Source: an uncultured delta proteobacterium (GTDB lineage Bacteria; Desulfobacterota; Binatia; UBA9968). Taken from it: 64,000 bases of DNA. The stretch spans positions 1 to 64,000 of the forward strand of contig CAWJZV010000003.1 of assembly GCA_963847445.1 (NCBI GenBank), given 5' to 3'. Both the position numbers and the translations under genes were made by a program. Positions 52,958-64,000 of the stretch are shown one piece after another. How positions within the stretch are numbered: position 1 is the first letter of the stretch; every line of letters starts with the position of its first letter. The notes below the pieces were generated by a model. It made no database searches and was not told the DNA's origin. It saw nothing but the letters and a program-made list of their open reading frames with translations.

Positions 52958-52978
52958 ATCTGAACGGGGGATTCGAAA

Positions 52979-53711
52979 TTGCACGCGCAAATTGAAATCT
53001 TGGCTTCTCTGCAAACCGTCGATCGCGAGATCAAAGAGCAGACCGGATTGAAGCAAGGTCTGCTGAGCGAACTCCAAGCCAAGGAGCGTGACATCCAGGC
53101 CAAACAGAAGGAAGTGGATGCGCTCGATAGCTGCCGCGCCGAGAAAGAGAAAGCTTCGCGCTGAGAAGGACCGGGTGTTTCAGGACGAAGGCTAGGAAGG
53201 CGGTGGACAAGCGCATGCGCATGAATCGCATCAAGAACTCCAAGGAGCTCCAGGCGCTGCAACGGGAGATCGATCTGATGCGCCAGAGCAACGGCGAGCT
53301 CGAAGAGGAACTGATCAAGATCATGCAGGAGATCGACACGATCACGGCGAACAAAACGACCAAGGAAGCCGAGATGGCGGCGCTCCGAGACTCCTGGCAG
53401 AAACAGCAGCAAGAACTTGACGGACAGATCAGTGGCATCGATCAGTCGGTGTCAGAGGCCTCTCGCGGCGCCAAAGCATTGCCGCCAATCTGGCACGCGA
53501 CTTGATCTCGCGCTACGAGCTGATTTTTTCCCGACGTGGCGGCACGGCCGTGGTGGAGATCGCCGGCGGTATCTGCCAGGGCTGCTTCATGAATATCCCA
53601 CCGCAGTTGGGCAATGAGATCATTCGCAGCGAGAAAATTCATCTTTGCCCGAGCTGCCAACGAATCGTTTACGTCAAACCCGTGGAGCTGGAAGAGGCCA
53701 AGTCGGCTTAA
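52979..53711 (+). CDS. Coiled-coil/C4 zinc-ribbon protein (DUF164/CT398-like; frameshifted)
   Basis: LQTVD, KNSKELQALQREI, CQGC...CPSCQRI; adjacent to rnpB. Confidence 0.85.
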
Positions 53712-53884
53712 CCGCTTCGCGATTGAATCCAACAATTTCCCGACTCCTACTGGCGCGCCGAGCGCGCGACCGGTTTGTTGCGTCAGCACGGTTCCTATCG
53801 TATCGTTCATTCGCGGCGGGAATTTAAAGTTGCCGACCGTCTAGCCGATCGCGGCATCGCCGACGCCGCACGAAAACAGAGCGT

Positions 53885-54252
53885 GGGCTAAAGTGGATCA
53901 AGCGATCGCCTGCGCGCGAGCGGAGGAGGAAAGTCCGGACTCCATAGGACAGGGTGGCCGTTAACGACGGCTCCGAGCGATCGGGGGAAAGTACCACAGA
54001 AAACACACCGCCTGCCGCTTCGGCGGCCGGTAAGGTTGAAAAGGCGAGGTAAGAGCTCACCGGTTCGCCAGCGATGGCGAACGCATGGCAAACCCCACCT
54101 GGAGCAAGGCCAAATAGGAGGGTTGGGCGGTCCGCCCATAGCCCTCGGGTAAGGTCGCTCGATCCCTTGAGCAATCAAGGGACTAGATGAATGATCGCTG
54201 TGGCTGCTTTGCCAGCCATTACAGAATCCGGCTTATCGATCCGCTTTAGCCC
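53885..54252 (+). ncRNA. rnpB: RNase P RNA (type A)
   Basis: GAGGAAAGTCCGGACTCC, ACAGAAA, GAGCAAGGCCAAATAG, ACAGAATCCGGCTTA; ends pair (GGGCTAAAGTGGATC / GATCCGCTTTAGCCC). Confidence 0.96.
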
Positions 54253-54523
54253 ATTTTAATTCACCCGTTCGGTATCATCACGATCAGCTAGACTCCGATC
54301 CAGCTAGCCCCATCTGACGCACGCCAGATGCCGTTTACGGCGCCTTTTGCTGCCGCCTTTTTTTTCCCTTCGAGTGATTTGGGCTGGAGCCGCACCAGAT
54401 CGGGTTCAACCGATTACTTAAACTCTGCGGGGACTTCCATTATCTACCTGTGACGATCAGCAAAGCCAGCAATAGTCAGCGAGAAAAATCCCCATAGAAT
54501 CACTAATGTTTTTCGTTTATTCA

Positions 54524-54580
54524 TTGACAGTTTCTTGCGTAAAGTTATAAAGTGGGCCAGTGACTTGCCATTGTGGGAGC
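54524..54580 (+). promoter_or_regulatory. Sigma70-type promoter of dcw cluster with putative MraZ boxes
   Basis: TTGACA (54524) -16 nt- TATAAA (54546), followed by two GTGGG copies 20 bp apart, resembling MraZ operator repeats. Confidence 0.6.
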
Positions 54581-54615
54581 AAACCCCATGACGGGTCATT
54601 ACGGGGGCGCATTTT

Positions 54616-55075
54616 ATGTTTCGCGGCAGATACGATCACACCATTGACGGAAAGGGCCGATTGAGCATTCCGGCGAAGTTTCGTCAGTGGCTTAAAGACA
54701 ATGGGGAAAACCAACTGATCGTCACCAACTTTGTCTTCGAGGGCAAGAATTGCCTTGACGTGTATCCCTTCGGTGAATGGCAAAAATTGGAGCAAGACAT
54801 CTTGCAGCAACAGAAAAATTCCGATCCGGACATGGCGCATTTTCTCAACTTCTATTTAAGTTCCGCGACGCCATGCGAACTGGATGCCCATGGTCGGATC
54901 CTCATTCCGCCCGACTTGCGAGAATTTGCCGAACTCAAGCGCGATGTTGTTTTGGTTTCAAGCGCTGAAAAAATTTCAGGCATGGGACAAAGCGAACTGG
55001 AAGGAAGTTTTCGCAGATTCCAAAGAGAGAATCGCGAACAACCCGGGTCTCATGCGCAGCTTGGGAATCTCATAG
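54616..55075 (+). CDS. mraZ: Division/cell-wall cluster transcriptional repressor MraZ (one extra A near 54970)
   Basis: MFRGRYDHTIDGKGRLSIP, LDAHGRILIP. The normal C-terminus (FQAWDKANW...) is in the shifted frame. Confidence 0.92.
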
Positions 55076-55110
55076 AAGCGGCGCAAACCGGACACAAAGG
55101 AGAGCAATCA

Positions 55111-55473
55111 ATGCTGGCGCGCAAAGCGATTCAAGATATCTCGGTCATCGATGTCAGCGGCGATATCGACTTTCGGGAAATGATCCGCATCAAAGATACC
55201 ATCGGCTCGTTCATCGAACATGATCGCATCAAGGTGGTGCTCAATTTGCGGGCGGTGGACCACATCAACTACTTGAGCATCGGCGTTCTGCTCGAGCGGC
55301 TCAAGGCGCTGCGCAATGTCAACGGCGATTTGAAACTTTCGGGCATGAGTCCGTTCTTGCGCGATATTTTCAAAGTCGTCGGCATGGATCGCTTTTTCGA
55401 AGAGTACCACTCGCTGGAGGATGCCATCGAAAGCTTCGACGACGATTGGGAGGGCGACGGGACCAGCCATTAA
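55111..55473 (+). CDS. STAS-domain (anti-anti-sigma-like) protein
   Basis: Own RBS (AAAGGAG); VSGDID, VVLNLRAVDHIN, GDLKLSG, IFKVVG, SLEDAI. Confidence 0.85.
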   Translation: MLARKAIQDISVIDVSGDIDFREMIRIKDTIGSFIEHDRIKVVLNLRAVDHINYLSIGVLLERLKALRNVNGDLKLSGMSPFLRDIFKVVGMDRFFEEYHSLEDAIESFDDDWEGDGTSH

Positions 55474-55476
55474 GCT

Positions 55477-56403
55477 GTGTATGCTCATGTCTCCGTACTG
55501 GTCCGCGAGGTCATGGATTTTCTTCAACCTGCGCCGGGTAGGCGTTACGTCGACGGCACTTTGGGCGGCGGCGGCCACAGCGAAGCGATTTTAACGGCGA
55601 GCGGCCCAGATGGCCAAGTGGTGGGACTGGATCGGGACGATGAGGCGATCGCCGCGGCCAGCGAGCGCTTGAAGCGCTTTGGCGCTAGGCTGACCGCGCG
55701 GCAAGCGAGTTTCGCCGATGCCCGTGAGGTTCTCACCGAGATCGGTTGGGACAAAGTTGATGGTGTCATTTTGGACTTAGGCGTTTCGTCGCGGCAAATC
55801 GATGCAGCCGAGCGGGGATTTAGTTTTCGCTTGGGCGGGCGCTTGGATATGCGCATGGACCGCCGGCAATCGCTCGACGCCTGCCGGCTGGTTAACACGG
55901 CCACAGTCGATGAGCTGATGCGAGTATTCCGGGCCTATGGCGAGGAGCCGCAAGCGCGGCGCATCGCCGAAAAGATAGCCGCCGAAAGAAAGCTCCGACC
56001 CATCGAGAGCACCGATGAGCTGGCGCGCTTGGTTGAGGGGGTCAAAGGCGGCCGGCGCCGCGACCACCATCCGGCGACCCAGGTGTTTCAGGCACTGCGC
56101 ATCGCCGTAAACCAGGAGCTCGACCAGTTGGAGCATTTTCTCGACGACGGTTTTGCTTTGCTGCGGCCGAGCCGGCGCATGGTGATTATTTCGTTTCATT
56201 CGTTGGAAGATCGTTTGGTGAAGAATGCCTTTCGTAAATGGAGCCGCGCTTGTTTATGTCCGCCGCGGGCGCTGGTTTGCCAGTGCGGTTGGAGCCAGAA
56301 GGTGAAACTCTTAACCAAAAGACCGTTAGTGCCGGGCGACGCTGAGACGGCGGCCAACCCGCGCGCCCGGTCGGCCAAATTACGCGCCGTCGAGCGCATT
56401 TGA
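55477..56403 (+). CDS. rsmH: 16S rRNA m4C1402 methyltransferase RsmH
   Basis: DGTLGGGGHS, DLGVSS, LDMRMD, FQALRIAVN, SFHSLEDR, NPRARSAKLR. Confidence 0.97.
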   Translation: MYAHVSVLVREVMDFLQPAPGRRYVDGTLGGGGHSEAILTASGPDGQVVGLDRDDEAIAAASERLKRFGARLTARQASFADAREVLTEIGWDKVDGVILDLGVSSRQIDAAERGFSFRLGGRLDMRMDRRQSLDACRLVNTATVDELMRVFRAYGEEPQARRIAEKIAAERKLRPIESTDELARLVEGVKGGRRRDHHPATQVFQALRIAVNQELDQLEHFLDDGFALLRPSRRMVIISFHSLEDRLVKNAFRKWSRACLCPPRALVCQCGWSQKVKLLTKRPLVPGDAETAANPRARSAKLRAVERI

Positions 56404-56412
56404 GTCACAGCC

Positions 56413-56762
56413 ATGGCAACTGCGGTTAAACTTGAGAATCGGCGTATCGCTCGTCCCAAGCGCGCGCCCGGCAGCCGCGCTGACTCAGGCGACGCGCCGG
56501 CGCCGCAATTGGGGCGTGGGCTATGCTCATCGTCACGCTGCTCGGCATCGTGCTGGTCCATGTTTGGTTGCGTTTGCAGGTTGTCCATATGGGATACGTG
56601 CTCGCCACCGCGAGCAAGTTAAAGAGCCGTTTGGAGCAGGAGAATCGCGAGCTCAAGGTCGAGCTGGCGACTTTGACGACGCGAGATCGGCTCAATGAGA
56701 TGGCGCGCCGCCGTTTGGGTCTGGCAGCGCCGGAGAAAGGTCAGGTCATCGTTCTACCATGA
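56413..56762 (+). CDS. ftsL: Cell division protein FtsL (frameshifted)
   Basis: Single TM plus leucine-zipper-like coiled coil ending ARRRLGL..P; located between rsmH and ftsI. Confidence 0.85.
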
Positions 56763-58712
56763 GACGTTCGCTCAAACGAAATCGCCTGCGCATGGGCTGC
56801 GTGAAAATTGTTTTCCTGCTGGTCTTTTTGATCGTCGGTGGGCGCGCATTTCACTTGCAAGTCTTTCCAAGGCGACAAGCTGATGCGCCTCGGCCAGCGC
56901 CAGCATTTGAAGGAATGGATCGTCCTGCCCAAGCGCGGCGCTTTATACGACCGCGGCAGCGAGCCATTGGCGCTTGAGCTTGGAATCGCAGTCGGTTTAC
57001 GTCCGGCCGCATCGGCTGCAGAACCGCGCCGAAGCCAACTGAAGTTGGCCCGTATCCTCAATATGAAACGCGCCGATGTGGAGCAAAGGCTCGCCGCCAA
57101 AAAACCCTTCGTCTGGCTCAAGCGCCAGGTCTCGCCGGTCGAAGCGGAGCAGATTCAAGCGCTGCATATGGACGGCATTGGCATGTACTTGGAGCCGACG
57201 CGCTACTATCCGCAGGGCGGGTTGGCCGGACATTTGTTGGGGTTTGTCAATCGCGATTCCGAAGGGCTCGAAGGTATCGAGCTGCAATACAATGACTATA
57301 TTCGCGGTGCGGCAGGATCTTCGGTGTCCGAGCGCGATGCTCTCGGGCGCCGCGTTTTGGTCGAGGGCGTGGAAGGGTTACAGGTGCCGCCCGGCAGCGA
57401 TGTCCATCTGACTCTCGATTCGCCGATCCAGCATCTGGCGGAAAAAGAACTGGAAGCGACGATTCAAAAATATCGCGCCAAGGCAGGAGTGGCGATCGTC
57501 GTCGATCCCGCGACCGGCGAAGTCTTGGCGTCTGGCAAATTATCCAACTTTCGATCCCAACAAGGCTGCGCAGCAAAGCGCCGACCAACGGCGTAATCGC
57601 GCGGTGACCGACAGCTTCGAACCTGGGTCGACCTTTAAAACGATTCTCGCGGCCGCGGCGCTTGAAGAAGGTGTGGTCGGCAAGGACGATCTGTTTTACT
57701 GCGAGATGGGCAAGTATCCCTATGCCGGCCGGGTGATCCACGACACCCATCCGCATGGCTGGCTGCCATTTTCAAAAATTCTCCAGGTGTCGAGCAATAT
57801 CGGTTTTACCAAGGTCGCCGAGAAACTAAAGAAGGACCGGTATTTCAGATACATCGACAAATTCGGCTTTGGCCGGGTGACCGGGCTCGATGTGCCGGGC
57901 GAAGTTCCCGGTTTGCTGCGCAAGCCGGAAAACTTGGTCGGGGTCGATCTGGCGACCCATGCGTTCGGCCAGGGTGTATCGACGACGCCGATGCAGATGG
58001 TCATGGCTTATGCGGCGATCGCCAACGGCGGTATTCTCATGCGTCCCTACGTAACTCGCAAAGTCGTCAGCCCGCAGGGCGAGGTCTTGGTCGAAAATCA
58101 GCCGCAGATCGTCCGCCGGGTGATTTCCGAAAAGACCGCGAAGTTGTTGGCGTCGATGCTGCGCGATGTCACCAACGAAGGCGGCACCGGCGCTGGCGGC
58201 GAAAGTCGATGGCTTCGATGTCGCCGGCAAAACCGGCACGGCACAGAAGGCCGAGCGCGGCAGTTACTCGGCGAAAAAACGGGTGAGTTCGTTCGTTGGC
58301 TTCGTCCCGGCGGAGAATCCGCGCTTGGTTTCGTTGGTCTTAGTCGATGAACCGGAAGGGAATGTTTATGGCGGCGTGGTCGCCGCACCGGCATTCCGCA
58401 ATATCGCTCAGGGCGCCTTGCGCCAGCTCGCGGTGGCGCCGCGCGACGGCGTGGTGATGCCGAGCGAGTCGGCGCAAGCCGAGCCTTCGCTGGCGCGTCC
58501 GAGTCAAGCGCGCCGGGGTGCAGCTGGTTTCCACCAATGGCGATGCGGTGCCGGATTTTCTCGGTCTGAGCATGCGCGAGGCCTTGGAGAAAGCGCAGTC
58601 GCTAAGAATTACGTTGAAAATGCAGGGTAACGGCTATGTCGTGAAGCAAACACCCGCACCGGGCGAGCCCCGGCCGGAAGGCCAAGCAGTGGTGGTAAAT
58701 CTGCAAGGCTGA
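56759..58712 (+). CDS. ftsI: Peptidoglycan transpeptidase FtsI/PBP3 with PASTA domain (multiple frameshifts)
   Basis: RGALYDR, GLEGIE, EPGSTFK (SxxK), SSN, GKTGTAQK, VPDFLGLS. Confidence 0.93.
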
Positions 58713-58717
58713 CGCCG

Positions 58718-60282
58718 ATGCGAGTACGCGAGTTCTTAGCGCTGCACGAAGTCCAACAGGCCGACGGTGATCTGGAGCAGGAAGTGCACGGCTTAACTTA
58801 CGACTCGCGCCAAGCGACTGCGGGGAAGGTTTTCTTCGCCGTGCCAGGCGAACAGGCCGACGGCCATGACTACATCGGCGAAGCGGTCAAGCGCGGCGCC
58901 GCCGCGGTGGTTTTGTCGCGCGCCGGTGCTCTGGCCCCAGGCGCCGGCAACGGTGCGGGTCAACAATGTCAGAAACGCCATGGGGTTGTGGGCGGCGCAT
59001 TTTTATCAGCGCCCGAGCCGCAATCTACGGCTGGTCGGCGTTACCGGCACCAATGGCAAAACCACTTTGACCTACTTGGTCGAGTCGATCTTGCACGAGG
59101 CCGGCCTCGAGCCCGGAGTCATCGGCACGATCAATTACCGCTACCGCGGCCGCGCGTTGCCGTCGCATCATACGACGCCGGAATCCGTCGATTTGCAGGA
59201 GCTGCTGGCGGAAATGGTGCGGAGCGGGGTGCAGGCGGTGGCAATGGAAGTCTCATCCCATGCTCTGGCCCAGGAAAGAGTCCGCGGCCTCGACTTCGAT
59301 GTCGGCGTGTTTACCAATTTGACGCGCGATCATCTCGACTATCATCGCGACATGGACGACTACTTTGCCGCCAAGAGCCGCTTGTTCAACGACTACTTGC
59401 CGGCGTCGGTGAAGCCGCATAAGGCGGCGGTGATTTACGGCCGACGATCCGCGCGGCGAGCAATTGATCACTGCCTGCCGGGCGCAGGGCTTGGCGGTGT
59501 GGAGCTATGGCGACAGCGGCGAGTGGGATGTCTGTCCGGTGCAAGTTAGCCAAGTTGCCATTGATGTCAGCGGTATCCGCGGCGAGATCCGCGCCAAGGA
59601 GCGCCGGCTAAAAATCGCCTCGTCGCTGGTCGGCTCGGTGAACTTGCAAAATATTTTGGGCGCCGTTGGGGTCGGCTGCGCCCTGGGATTGAGCGACGAC
59701 GTGATCGCCCGCGGCATCGCGCGGTTGTCAGCCGTGCCAGGGCGGTTGGAAAAAGTCGACAACGGGCGCGGTGTCGCCGTCTTGGTCGATTACGCCCATA
59801 CTCCCGATGCTCTCGAAAAAGCGCTGCAAGTGGCGCGGCAGTTGACCACCGGCAGTTTGATCGCGGTGTTCGGTTGCGGCGGCGATCGCGACCGCGGCAA
59901 GCGGCCGTTGATGGGCGAAATCGCCGCGCGGCTGAGCGATTTCGCGGTGCTGACCTCCGACAATCCGCGCACCGAAGAGCCAACGGCGATACTCGCCGAT
60001 GTCGAAGCCGGCGTGCGCCAAGTCGGCATCGCCAAACTCGACGCCGCGCGGCTTCCCGCCGGCAAGACCGGCAAGACCGACACGGCGGAACGGCGCGGCT
60101 ATTACGTCGAAGCCGACCGGCGCGCGGCGATCCGCTTGGCGCTGGCGCTGGCCGGCGCCGGCGACACCGTGCTGATCGCCGGCAAGGGCCATGAGGATTA
60201 TCAGATTTTAGGCCAGACGAAGTTTCATTTCGACGATCGGGAGGTGGCGCGCGAAGCGATCGCAGCGCGCGCCAACGGCTAA
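58718..60282 (+). CDS. murE: UDP-MurNAc-tripeptide ligase MurE, meso-DAP type (frameshifted)
   Basis: GVTGTNGKTT, MEVSSH, DHLDYH, DYAHTPD, DNPR, GKGHE. Confidence 0.95.
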
Positions 60283-60293
60283 GTTTGCCAGGC

Positions 60294-61701
60294 ATGAGAT
60301 GGACTTTGGCGGAAATACTCGCGGCGACCGGTGGCAAAGTTGCCAGGCCCGGTAAGCTCGCGCGCTACGGGGAGATTGTGACCGATTCCAAGCAGGTCAA
60401 AGGCAATTCGATTTTCGTCGCCCTCAAAGGCGAGCGCCACGATGCCCATCGCTTCGTCGGCGCGGCGGTGCGCCAAGGCGCCACCTGCGTCATCGTCCAT
60501 CGCGCCTTGCCCAGCGCGACCGGCGGGTCGGCGACGATCGTGCGGGTCGGCGACACGCTCCGGGCGCTCGGCGATCTGGCGCATTATCGACGCGAGCGGC
60601 TGGCGCCCAAGGTGCTTGCGATTACCGGTTCCAACGGCAAAACGACGACTAAGGAAATGGTCGCGGCGATATTGGCGCAAGCCACCTTGGCCGGCCAGTC
60701 GTTACGCGGCCGGGTGCTCAAGACCGAAGGCAATTTCAATAATTTGGTTGGTTTGCCGCTGACGCTGTTACGGTTGACCAAGAGACACAAAATCGCGGTG
60801 GTCGAACTTGGCACCAACTCATCCCGGCGAGATCCAGCGTTTAGCGGAAATCGCCGACCCGGACCTGGGCGTGATCACGACTGTGGCGGCGGCCCATTTG
60901 GCAGGTCTAAAAAACTTGTCCGGCGTGGCGCGCGAAAAGGGCGCGCTCTATCGCGCCGTGCGCCGCAGCGGCATGATCGCGGTCAATCTCGACGATCCCT
61001 GGGTGCGCCGTCTGGCAGCTAAGTTTGCCGGCAAAAAGTTAACTTACGGCAACGCCGGCCAGCTGCGCGCGCGCTCGTTACGCGTGCGCGCAGCTGGCCG
61101 GGGCATGGCGTTCGCGCTGCACTACGGCGGCCAGCAGGCGCGGATCAATTTGAATTATCTAGGCCGGCATAATGTCACCAATGCCCTCGGCGCGGCGGCG
61201 TTGACGCTTGGCGCGGGAGTCAGTTTGGCGGCGGTGCGCCGCGGTTTGGCGCAAGCCAAACCCTTCACCATGCGTATGCAGCGGGAAAGCTGGCGCGGCA
61301 TCGGCATTATCAACGATAGCTACAACGCTAACCCCGGTTCCATGCAAGCGGCGCTGGAAACCCTGGCGCTGATCGGCAACCGGGGTAAAAAAATCGCCGT
61401 GTTGGGCGACATGTTCGAGCTCGGCAAGCAGAGCGCCAAAGAGCATCGCCAACTGGGCCGGGTCGCCGCCCAAGCGCGGATCGATCGACTTTATTTGCTC
61501 GGCGACCAAGCCGGCGCAGTGCGTTACGGCGCGCTGCGCGCCGGCATGAAAGCGCACCAGGTGACCATCGGCGCCGATCACGGCGATTTGGCCAACCGCT
61601 TGCGCCAACAGGTCGGGCGCGGCGATTGGCTTTTGGTCAAAGGATCGCGCGGCATGAAAATGGAAAAGGTTTTGCAAGCGCTCAAGAGCGTGACGGTCTA
61701 G
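60294..61701 (+). CDS. murF: UDP-MurNAc-pentapeptide ligase MurF (one frameshift)
   Basis: ITGSNGKTTTKE, NFNN..GLP, DSYNANP, LGDMFELG, VKGSRG. Confidence 0.95.
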
Positions 61702-61710
61702 GAGTATCGC

Positions 61711-62787
61711 GTGCTTTATCATTTGTTCACCTCGCTCTCGACCAGCTACTCCGGCTTCAATGTCTTTCGCTACATTACCTTTCGCGCGGCGATGGCGGCG
61801 TTATTGTCCCTGCTGATTTCGTTTCTGCTCGGCCCCTGGTTAATCCGCGTGCTCACCGAAAGACAGATCGGTCAACAGATTCGTGATGACGGTCCGGCGT
61901 CCCATGCGGTCAAGGCGGGCACGCCGACCATGGGCGGCGCGCTGATTATCCTAGCCTTGCTGTTCTCGACCGTTATGCTGGCAGATATCACCAATCGCTA
62001 TGTGCTGTTGGCCTTGGTCGCCACGCTGGGCAGCGGGGCGGTCGGTTTCGTCGACGATTATTTGAAGCTCACGGGCAAAAACAGCAAGGGACTGGCGCCG
62101 CGGACCAAGCTCCTGGGCCAGCTCGCGGTCGCCCTCGTGGTCGCCGTGGCGCTGTACTATCAACCGAAATTCAGTACCGAGATCGCCTTTCCGTTTATCA
62201 AGACGCTGCGGGTCAATCTCGACGTTTTCTACATTCCGTTCGCCATGCTGGTGATCGTCGGCGCCTCCAACGCGGTCAACCTCACCGATGGTCTCGACGG
62301 CCTGGCGATCGGCCCGGTGATGGTCGCCGCGGCGGCTTACGCCGTGGTGGCTTATGCCACCGGCCATCTCAAGTTTGCCGAGTATTTGCAGATCCCCTAT
62401 GTCGCCGGTGTCGGCGAGCTGACGGTGTTTTGCGCCGCGATGGTCGCGGCGGGATTGGGATTTCTTTGGTACAACGCCTATCCGGCGCAGATGTTCATGG
62501 GCGATGTCGGTTCGCTGGCCCTCGGCGCTGCCCTCGGCATCGTCGCGGTGCTGACCAAGAACGAATTTCTCTTGGTGATCATCGGCGGCGTCTTCGTCAT
62601 GGAAGCGCTGTCGGTGATTTTCCAGGTGGCGTCCTACAAGATCCGCCGCAAGCGGGTTTTCTTGATGGCGCCGATTCACCATCACTACGAACTCAAGGGC
62701 TGGAAAGAGCCGCAGATTATCGTGCGCTTCTGGATCCTGTCGATCATTTTTGCGGTCATCGGTTTGAGCACCTTGAAACTCAGATAA
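61711..62787 (+). CDS. mraY: Phospho-MurNAc-pentapeptide transferase MraY
   Basis: [38 protein letters not shown]. Confidence 0.97.
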   Translation: MLYHLFTSLSTSYSGFNVFRYITFRAAMAALLSLLISFLLGPWLIRVLTERQIGQQIRDDGPASHAVKAGTPTMGGALIILALLFSTVMLADITNRYVLLALVATLGSGAVGFVDDYLKLTGKNSKGLAPRTKLLGQLAVALVVAVALYYQPKFSTEIAFPFIKTLRVNLDVFYIPFAMLVIVGASNAVNLTDGLDGLAIGPVMVAAAAYAVVAYATGHLKFAEYLQIPYVAGVGELTVFCAAMVAAGLGFLWYNAYPAQMFMGDVGSLALGAALGIVAVLTKNEFLLVIIGGVFVMEALSVIFQVASYKIRRKRVFLMAPIHHHYELKGWKEPQIIVRFWILSIIFAVIGLSTLKLR

Positions 62788-62802
62788 CGGCGACGATGTT
62801 TA

Positions 62803-64000
62803 ATGGAGCTCAAAGCAAAAAAGTTATTGGTCATCGGTCTGGCGCGCACCGGACGGGAATGCGCGCGCTTTCTCGCCCAACAGGGGGCCAAGGTGTGGAT
62901 TAGCGACCTGCGCGGACAAGACGATCTGCGCGGTGAAATGGCCGCGCTCAGCGATCTTTCGCTAACCTATCGGTTGGGCGGCGAGGAAAAAAGTTGGCTC
63001 GACGGCATGGATTACGTGGTGCCCAGTCCTGGTGTGCCGATGGAAAATCTTCTGCTGCGCGAAGCGCTGGCGCGAAAGATTCCGGTGTTGAGCGAAATCG
63101 AGCTGGCCTATCGCTATTTCGCCGCGCCGCTGGTGGCGATCACCGGCACCAACGGCAAGAGCACGACGACGACCTTGATCGGCAAGATGCTCCAGGCCGA
63201 CGGCAAGAAAGTTTTTCTCGGCGGCAACCTGGGCGCGCCATTTATCGGCGCGGTGACGGGCTCCTGGGATTGGGGCGTGATCGAGATCAGCAGCTTTCAG
63301 TTGGAGTGGGTCGACGAGTTTCGCCCGCGCATCGCGCTCTTGCTCAACCTCACCGAGGATCACTTGGACCGCTACGCCAGTTTCGCTGACTACTGCCAAG
63401 CCAAGCAGCGCATCTTCGCGGCGCAGCAACGCGCCGACGTGGCGATCCTCAACCGCGACGATCCGCTGGTATGGGCAGCTGCGCGAGCGCATTGCCGCAC
63501 AAGTGGTCTCCTTCGGCTTTGGCGAAGTCGCCGAAGGCTGTGTTCGCGACGCCAACGCGAGATCGTTTGGCGCGACGGCGCCGTCGAGGAGCGCTTCTCG
63601 TTAGCCAGGGCGAAGATCCAGGGCGTGCATAACGTGGAAAATATCATGGCCGCCATCGCGGCCGCCAAGTGCGCTGGTGTCTCGCGCCGAGCGATACGAA
63701 CAAGCGCTCGAAGAGTTCCCCGGCCTCGAACACCGTCTTGAATTCGTCCGCGAGAAAGACGGTGTTCGCTACTACAACGATTCCAAGGGCACCAACGTCG
63801 GCGCGGTGGTCAAGTCGCTGGCGAGCTTTTCCGGACCGGTGATCTTGCTCGCCGGCGGCGTCGACAAGGGCGGCGACTATGCGCCGCTGGCGGCGGGTGT
63901 TAAGAACCAAGTCCGCCGCTTGGTGTTGTTCGGCGCGGCCAAACAGACCATCGCCGCCGCCTTGGGCCAACTGACGACGACTGTGCTGGTCAACGATATC
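62803..64000 (+). CDS. murD: UDP-MurNAc-L-Ala:D-Glu ligase MurD (frameshifted, truncated by window end)
   Basis: SPGVP, ITGTNGKSTTT, EISSFQL, DHLDRY, NDSKGTN, GGVDKG. Confidence 0.95.

Noticed and set aside
53985-54005. rnpB reads GAAAGTACCACAG where GAAAGTGCCACAG is more familiar
   Set aside because: Single-base variant within plausible natural variation or sequencing error; the overall structure is intact.
54616-55473. 285-aa MraZ-STAS fusion as the primary annotation
   Set aside because: The normal MraZ C-terminus and a separate RBS/ATG for the STAS gene are present, and the junction is a homopolymer in an indel-rich region.
56413-64000. Pseudogenisation of the dcw cluster (wall-less lifestyle)
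   Set aside because: Only isolated indels with intact motifs; unrelated neighbouring genes show the same pattern; mraY and rsmH are intact.

Overview
High-GC bacterial chromosomal window. The gene content (expanded solute-binding proteins, TctC, comDE, stand-alone A-T didomain, deltaproteobacterial-type dcw cluster) suggests Candidatus Binatia or a related deltaproteobacterial lineage; this is inference only. 1-21.5 kb is an accessory patchwork. It holds a complete IS21 element, an orphan NRPS-like A-T protein, MFS/comDE/TctC, and an S8 protease plus a propeptide-like partner bracketed by duplicated metE-family 3' scars. It also holds pirin, a secreted-protein/TIR-4TM pair, RidA, a secreted methyltransferase-like protein, an erythromycin-esterase-family gene, an FGE-family gene and several gene remnants. 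21.5-37.6 kb is transport-rich, with a tandem SBP array plus permease, and carries a DUF559 nuclease gene flanked by two REP-like doublets. 37.6-64 kb is mostly housekeeping: yihY-like, asmA-like, livHMGF, rhomboid, EamA, FAD oxidoreductase, M48, zinc-ribbon protein, rnpB and the dcw cluster mraZ-(STAS)-rsmH-ftsL-ftsI-murE-murF-mraY-murD. Many genes beyond about 34.6 kb, including essential ones, carry single-base frameshifts, most likely long-read sequencing errors. Best candidates for undescribed biology: the REP-flanked DUF559 element, the protease/free-propeptide cassette, the TIR-4TM plus secreted partner, an internal terminal-repeat-like site inside istA, a secreted C-H-H-H zinc-finger protein, and the STAS gene inside dcw. 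All calls come from motif recognition by eye; no searches were run.
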